From Ramlibacter sp. (lineage in GTDB: Bacteria > Pseudomonadota > Gammaproteobacteria > Burkholderiales > Burkholderiaceae_C), in contig JAQZBU010000011.1 in the NCBI GenBank assembly GCA_029237735.1, forward strand, positions 24,658 through 88,657: a DNA stretch of 64,000 nt. The letters are read 5' to 3'. How positions within the stretch are numbered: position 1 is the first letter of the stretch; each line of letters begins with the position of its first letter. The notes under the pieces are model-generated. The model ran no database searches and had not been told where the DNA came from. It was given only the letters and a program-made list of their open reading frames with translations. The position numbers and the translations under genes are program-made. Positions 58,675 through 64,000 of the stretch are shown in pieces.

Positions 58675-60927
58675 TCAGCTCCAGGGCCCCGCGATGATGG
58701 GGATGCCGCGCTGGGGCTCCGGCGGGCGCGCGCGCCGGTCGTCGCGGTCGTCGCGCAGGTCGGGCCGCTGGCGCGCGCGCTCTCGCTGCTGCTGCTCCCA
58801 GGTGCGGTGGTCGCGGCGCCATTGTTCGCTGATCGCCTGCTGTTGGCGTGCCCAGGCGGCCCGCTGCGCCGCCTGTTCTCGCTGCTGCGCCTGCTCGCGC
58901 TCTTGCGCCTCGCGCTGTGCCTGCAATTCCTCGCGCTGTTCGCGCTGCTCGCGCAACGCCTGCGCTTCGCGATCGGCCGCGCGCCTCGCCTGCTCGACTT
59001 GCCTGGCATGGGCCTCGCGGCGTTGCTGCTCGTCGCGCCGCGCGACGGCTTCGCGCTTGGCCAGATCCTCGCGTTTGGCTTGCTCCTCGCGCTTGACCTG
59101 TTCGGCCTTGCGCGCGAGCAGCTCGCGGCGCGCCTGATCCCGTTTGGCCAGTTCGCGCTTGGCCAACTCTGCCTGCCTGGCCTGCTCCGCCTGTTTTGCC
59201 AGCTGCTGTTCTCGGCGCGCCTGCTCGGCTTGCCTCGCCAGCTGCTGATCGCGCCGGGCTTGCTCCGCCTGTTTCGCGAGCTGCTCGCGCTTCGTTTGCT
59301 CGGCCCGCCTGGCGAACTGCTCGCGCCTGGCCTGTTCAGCACGGCGGGCCAGTTTGTCGCGCTTGGCCTCGTCGGCCATGGCTTGCTCGGCCCTGGCTTC
59401 TTCTGCCGGCTTTTGCTCGGCACGGCGGATCTGCGCGGCAGATTTCGCTTGCTCCGCCGACTTCGCTTGCGCCCCCGATTTGGCCTGGACCGTTGGCGCG
59501 GCCGCTATAGCGGACCCAGCGGCCTTGGCGGCCTTCGCCTGTTTGGCCGGCGGCCGATCTTGCTCTTGCGCTGACATCGGCACTTGAACCCGCGCGGCGG
59601 GCGCCGCTGCGATCTGCACCTTCGGCGGCGCGGGCGGCAAGGCGCGCGCGACGGCTGCAGGCTTGCGCTGGGCGACGATGCTTCGCTCGGGCATCGGCGG
59701 CGGCGGGACGATCTGCGCGTTGGTCAAGGTGTTGGCCGCCACGCGCAACCAGCCTGCGCCAACGGGCCGGCCGCGGTGAAAATCCTCCGTGGAGATGGAC
59801 GTGAGCGCTTCAGGCTTGCGCTGGTGGGCGTATGTCGCGTCCGCCTGCACCGGCAGGTTGCCGTTGACGTTGCTGATGTAGAGCGCACTGGCTCGGTAAG
59901 CCGGTTGCCAGGCCTCGCCCGGCGCGAGCGGAAACCACGCGAAGCCGGAGCGGTCGCCGCCGATGAACGCAACAAGGGCGGGGGCGTACACGGGTTTGAG
60001 CGCAATGCGCCCAGGCACCCAGGCCCAGCGTGAGTCGATCATGGCCCAGCGGCCATAGTGGAAGGGTGCGAAGCCCCACGCCGCCGCGTCTATCCACGTC
60101 CAGCCCCATGGCGAAATCCATTCCCAGTGGCCGTTGCGGTACGGTGCCCAGTTGGCCGGCAGCCCTTGCGGGAACCAGACCGGACCGTAGGTTGCATCCT
60201 GCATCCACTGGCCATGCGCATCGAGCTGCTGGTAGCCCACCACTTCCCGCGGCACGTAGCGGGCCGAGACGGATTGGTCTTCGCGCCGGTTGCGGTCCGC
60301 GGCCCAGCGGTCGAAGTTGTCCTGGGGAGGTGATTCCTGCGCGGCCATTTGCGACAGGTCGCGCGAGCGGAAGGTGATCTGCTGGCCGCCGCCCAGCGTC
60401 AGCACCTGACCGTCTTCGCCGTACACGGCGCCCGTGCCCGAATGGATCGTCACCCGCGTCGTGCCGGTGTTGGCATTCACGTCGATGCGGTAGTCGCCCG
60501 GGTAGGCTGCGCGGTAGGCGAGGTTCGGTGTGTCGATCTCAAAATTTTCGCCATCGGGCAAGCTGCGCACGCGAACATAGACGGTGCCCTGGGTCACGCT
60601 CAATTGCGCGGACCGGTCGTCCAGCGCCAGGATTTCCAGGTGCGCCTGGCCGTCCATGCGCACGGCCGATGAGCCAACCTGCAGCTCGGCGCGCGAGCCC
60701 TTGTCGGTCCATACGCGGTCTCCACGGGTGAGCGGGCGGTTCAAAACCGCGTCGATCCACTCGTTGTCGCCGGCCGGCGCAAACACCGCGGCGCCCTCGA
60801 GGTGGTTCAGCCGCGCCACGCGGGACGGCGGATCGGCCTGCGCCATGGAGCGCGCAGACAGCAACCCCAGCACCAGCAAAGGTAACAGGCGGACCATCAA
60901 GAAATGAAACAGGCGCGCGCAGTTCAT
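58675..60927 (-). CDS. FecR-like/DUF6600 secreted protein with a long charged helical-repeat tail
   Basis: Signal peptide, DPPSRVARL, NRPLTRGDRVWT, EIDTPN, WAPYRNGHW, WGFAPFHYGRW, AEQARREQ repeats. Confidence 0.85.
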   Translation of the reverse strand: MNCARLFHFLMVRLLPLLVLGLLSARSMAQADPPSRVARLNHLEGAAVFAPAGDNEWIDAVLNRPLTRGDRVWTDKGSRAELQVGSSAVRMDGQAHLEILALDDRSAQLSVTQGTVYVRVRSLPDGENFEIDTPNLAYRAAYPGDYRIDVNANTGTTRVTIHSGTGAVYGEDGQVLTLGGGQQITFRSRDLSQMAAQESPPQDNFDRWAADRNRREDQSVSARYVPREVVGYQQLDAHGQWMQDATYGPVWFPQGLPANWAPYRNGHWEWISPWGWTWIDAAAWGFAPFHYGRWAMIDSRWAWVPGRIALKPVYAPALVAFIGGDRSGFAWFPLAPGEAWQPAYRASALYISNVNGNLPVQADATYAHQRKPEALTSISTEDFHRGRPVGAGWLRVAANTLTNAQIVPPPPMPERSIVAQRKPAAVARALPPAPPKVQIAAAPAARVQVPMSAQEQDRPPAKQAKAAKAAGSAIAAAPTVQAKSGAQAKSAEQAKSAAQIRRAEQKPAEEARAEQAMADEAKRDKLARRAEQARREQFARRAEQTKREQLAKQAEQARRDQQLARQAEQARREQQLAKQAEQARQAELAKRELAKRDQARRELLARKAEQVKREEQAKREDLAKREAVARRDEQQRREAHARQVEQARRAADREAQALREQREQREELQAQREAQEREQAQQREQAAQRAAWARQQQAISEQWRRDHRTWEQQQRERARQRPDLRDDRDDRRARPPEPQRGIPIIAGPWS

Positions 60928-60974
60928 GAACGTTCTCTCCGTGTGAGTAGAACGCCGCAGACACGGAAAAGATC

Positions 60975-61031
60975 GCAAAGGCGAGGTAAAGCGCGGCTCT
61001 GCGGGCCGCGTTTTTTGTAATCCCGTGTAAA
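60975..61031 (-). promoter_or_regulatory. Tandem GTAA direct-repeat pairs (CpxR/OmpR-box-like)
   Basis: On the + strand: GCAAA 60975 / GTAAA 60986 and GTAAT 61017 / GTAAA 61027; same layout as 58600-58655. Confidence 0.55.
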
Positions 61032-61083
61032 GCGCGCCGTCGCCCTGATCCGCCTAAACGTCAGCATGTGGAACAGCTCACCG

Positions 61084-62445
61084 TCAGGACACAGCCTCTC
61101 TCATCGTGACAAACTCCTCTGCTGCAGTCGGATGGATCCCGATCGTGCCGTCGAACACCGCCTTGGTCGCGCCCGCCTTCATCGCCACAGCGAAGCCTTG
61201 CACCACCTCGCCTGCGTCGGGGCCCACCATGTGCAGGCCCACCACCCGGTCGCTCGCGGCGTCCACCACGAGTTTCATGAGTGTTCGTTCGCCGCTGCCG
61301 CTCAGAGTGTGCTTGAGTGGCTTGAACTCGCTGCGGAACACGGCGATGTTGCCGAACTTCCTGCGCGCCGCTTCCTCGGTGTAGCCGACTGTGGCGATGT
61401 TCGGGTGCGTGAACACGGCCGTCGGGATGAAGTCATAGCTCATCGAGCGCTTTTGATCGCCGAAGAGGTGGTCCACCACGGCCATGGCCTCGCCCAGGGC
61501 CACGGGCGTCAGTTGCACGCGGGCCGTGACATCGCCCAGCGCGTAAACCGACGGCAGCGACGTGCGGTAATGCGCGTCGACGACGATCGCGCCGTCCTTG
61601 CGTTGCGCAACGCCCGCGGCGTCCAGCCCCAACCCGTTCACGTTGGGGCGGCGCCCGGTCGCGTAGAGCACGACATCCGCAGCGACGGTGCTGCCGTCCA
61701 GCAGCGTCACCTGCAGGCCGTGTGCCGACTTGTGGATGGCGCGTACATCCGAGCCCACGCGAAGGTCGATCCCGCCGCGGCGCATTTCATGGGCGATGAA
61801 GTCCTGTACCTCGTGGTCGAAGCCGCGCAGGATCTGCGCGCCACGGTACAGCTGCGTGACGCGCGAGCCCAGCCCGTTGAAGATCGACGCAAACTCGCAG
61901 GCGATGTAGCCGCCGCCCACCACCAAAAGGCGGGCCGGGAACGGATCGAGGTCGAACATGCTGTCCGAGGTGACGACGTGCTCGCATCCGGGGAAGGACG
62001 GCACGCTGGGCGTGCCACCGGTGGCGATGAGCACGTGGCGGGCAGTGAAATGTTTCTCGCCGGCCGCCGTGCGCACGCGGATGTTATGACCATCCACGAG
62101 CGTCGCCCAGCCGCGCGCGATCTCCACACCCGGGCCATGCAGCAATTGCTGATACACGGCGTTCAATCGGGCGATCTCCCTGGCCCGGTTGGCTTTAAGG
62201 CGCGGCCAGTCCAGCCGCGGTGGCTCGACGTCCCAGCCGAAGCCGGCGGCATCCTGGAAGTCGTGCGCGAAATGGGCCGCGTAGCTGTAGAGCTTCTTGG
62301 GGATGCAACCGACGTTCACGCAGGTGCCTCCGAGCGCCGCGGCCTCGGCCAGCACAACACGCGCCCCACGCTGGGCCGACATGCGCGCCGCACGCACGCC
62401 GCCGCTGCCGCCGCCAATGACAAAGAGGTCGCAGTCATGGGTCAT
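61084..62445 (-). CDS. gor: Glutathione-disulfide reductase
   Basis: GGGSGG, GGTCVNVGCIPKK, GGGYIACE, IHPTAAEE. Confidence 0.94.
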   Translation of the reverse strand: MTHDCDLFVIGGGSGGVRAARMSAQRGARVVLAEAAALGGTCVNVGCIPKKLYSYAAHFAHDFQDAAGFGWDVEPPRLDWPRLKANRAREIARLNAVYQQLLHGPGVEIARGWATLVDGHNIRVRTAAGEKHFTARHVLIATGGTPSVPSFPGCEHVVTSDSMFDLDPFPARLLVVGGGYIACEFASIFNGLGSRVTQLYRGAQILRGFDHEVQDFIAHEMRRGGIDLRVGSDVRAIHKSAHGLQVTLLDGSTVAADVVLYATGRRPNVNGLGLDAAGVAQRKDGAIVVDAHYRTSLPSVYALGDVTARVQLTPVALGEAMAVVDHLFGDQKRSMSYDFIPTAVFTHPNIATVGYTEEAARRKFGNIAVFRSEFKPLKHTLSGSGERTLMKLVVDAASDRVVGLHMVGPDAGEVVQGFAVAMKAGATKAVFDGTIGIHPTAAEEFVTMREAVS

Positions 62446-63347
62446 GGAAAGCCTTTTGTCGGCCGGAAGGCCGTGATCTCGTTTCGAATCCAGTCGATGA
62501 ACAACCGGGTGCGCGCAGGCAACAGGCGGGCGTGGGGATACACCACGCTGATGGGACGCGGCGGGCGCTCGAATTTTTCAAGCACGATCTTCAACCGCCT
62601 GTCCTCCATGAAGGGCGCTACCTGGTAGGAAAAAAACATTCCGAAGCCTGCCCCGTCCGCGCAGGCCTGGACTGCGGGCAGCACGTGGTTGAACTCAAGG
62701 TTGCCAGAGACTTTGAGGCGAAACGCGCGGCCGTTCTCCTGGAAGTCGCCCCAGGTGGGCGGGCCCGCGATCATGCGGATGCAGTTGGCGGCTTGCAGCT
62801 CACGCGGGTGCCGCGGCACGCCATGCTTGCGCAGATAGGCAGGGTTGGCCACCACCACGCGCCGGATGCTTCCCAGGGGCAGCGCGACCAGAGAAGAGTC
62901 CTCCAGTGCGCCGATGCGGATGCCCACGTCGATGCCTTCCTCCAGCAGGTTCACCACGCGGTCGAGCAGCACGACGGTGCAGCGCATCTTCTCGTACTGC
63001 TGGACAAACCGCGTGACGGCCGGCGCGATCCACATCTGGCCGAACAGCACGGGCGCGGTGATCGTGAGATGCCCGGCCGGCTCGCCGGCGCCGGCGGTGA
63101 GCGCGGCCTCTGATTCCTCCAACGCGGCCAGCACCTGCCGGCAATTGTCGAGGTGCTGGCGCCCTTCTTCCGTCAGCGAGATGCGGCGCGTCGTCCGGTT
63201 GAAAAGCCGTACGCCCAGTTCGGCCTCGTAGGCGGCCAGCGAGCGCACCACGGCGGGCAGTGACGAGCCTGTCGCCCGCGCCGCTGCGGTGAGGCTGCCC
63301 TCGTCGGCGATACGCACGAAGGTCTCCATGGCCTTGAATTTGTCCAC
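62442..63347 (-). CDS. LysR family regulator
   Basis: FVRIADEGSLTAAAR...LGVRLFNRTTRRISLTEEG; GTG start; stop overlaps the gor start. Confidence 0.93.
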   Translation of the reverse strand: MDKFKAMETFVRIADEGSLTAAARATGSSLPAVVRSLAAYEAELGVRLFNRTTRRISLTEEGRQHLDNCRQVLAALEESEAALTAGAGEPAGHLTITAPVLFGQMWIAPAVTRFVQQYEKMRCTVVLLDRVVNLLEEGIDVGIRIGALEDSSLVALPLGSIRRVVVANPAYLRKHGVPRHPRELQAANCIRMIAGPPTWGDFQENGRAFRLKVSGNLEFNHVLPAVQACADGAGFGMFFSYQVAPFMEDRRLKIVLEKFERPPRPISVVYPHARLLPARTRLFIDWIRNEITAFRPTKGFP

Positions 63348-63451
63348 GCCGCCAATTAATCCACGAACCGGAAGAGTCCTGTGCGGCCTGGGGTATTTAT
63401 TCAGCATTGCGCAGCAAACACAATGCGGCTTCTTTCCCAGGAGATTCGCTC

Positions 63452-64000
63452 ATGACCACCACCTTGCCAACGCAACCCATCCGGCTTCATCGCATGGCGT
63501 TGTCGGGCCATGCCCATCGCGTGCAGCTGTTCCTGTCCTTGCTGGGCCTGCCCTTCGAAATGGTCGACGTGGACCTTCGCGCCGGCGAGCACAAGCGTCC
63601 GGAATTCCTGCGCATGAACTGCTTCGGCCAGGTGCCCGTGATCCAGGACGGCGATGTCACGCTTGGCGACTCGAACGCCATCCTCGTCTATCTCGAGGCC
63701 CGCTACGCTCCTGGGCAGTGGCTGCCGCGCGACCCGGCGGGCGCCGCGCAGGTCCAGCGCTGGCTTTCGGTTGCCGCGGGCCAGTTGGCGTTTGGCGCGG
63801 CCGCGGCGCGGGTGATCGCGCTGTTCGAGCGCCCGGACGACCCGTCCCCCGCGATCGCGCGGGCGAACGCGTTGCTCCAGGTGATGGACTCGGAGCTCGC
63901 CGGCCGACCCTTCCTGGCCGGGCAGATGCCCACTCTCGCCGACATAGCGAACTACACCTACACGGCCCATGCGCCCGAAGGCAACGTGAGCCTCGAGCCC
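63452..64000 (+). CDS. Glutathione S-transferase (3' end outside window)
   Basis: AGGAG RBS; MTTTLPTQPIRLHRMALSGHAHRVQLFL...GQVPVIQDG...DSNAILVYL; frame open to the end of the window. Confidence 0.9.
   Translation, partial: MTTTLPTQPIRLHRMALSGHAHRVQLFLSLLGLPFEMVDVDLRAGEHKRPEFLRMNCFGQVPVIQDGDVTLGDSNAILVYLEARYAPGQWLPRDPAGAAQVQRWLSVAAGQLAFGAAAARVIALFERPDDPSPAIARANALLQVMDSELAGRPFLAGQMPTLADIANYTYTAHAPEGNVSLEP

Noticed and set aside
56650-59500. Tandem nucleotide repeats as a CRISPR array or VNTR
   Set aside because: The repeats are degenerate, in frame and encode Q/E/R/A helical tails; there is no repeat-spacer pattern and no cas gene
61037-61051. 15-nt match CCGTCGCCCTGATCC to the stem at 53326-53340
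   Set aside because: No core or partner arm nearby; could be chance in GC-rich DNA

Overview
GC-rich bacterial chromosomal segment. Gene content (three Bug/TTT receptors, DUF4148 proteins, 2-aminobenzoate-CoA ligase) suggests a betaproteobacterium, probably Comamonadaceae; this is inference. About 60 CDSs are supported, mostly housekeeping and metabolic: queC, gspF, an acyl-CoA ligase/Liv-type ABC cluster, htpG, ohr/ohrR, psd, ald, amn and gor. Accessory modules include an archaic Csu-type chaperone-usher pilus, an OmpR-family two-component system with two DUF4148 genes, a kinase-USP/phosphoesterase/SrkA triad, a wHTH-STAND ATPase, and tandem FecR/DUF6600 proteins. I saw no rRNA, tRNA, CRISPR array, transposase or integrase. 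Best candidates for undescribed biology: (1) a flavin-barrel + flavin-barrel/GAF/winged-helix regulator pair converging on a hemerythrin-like gene whose promoter has 11-bp-phased repeats (47719-50431); (2) a double structured element with one conserved ~50-nt core inside two unrelated 25-bp stems (53090-53340); (3) three promoters with the same CTAA-N7 phasing that define a small two-component regulon (27637-31135). Four genes (acyl-CoA ligase, htpG, ABC-2 permease, DUF6600 paralog) each lack a short conserved block and are frameshifted, which may be an assembly artefact. Family names come from motif recognition only; no database searches were run.
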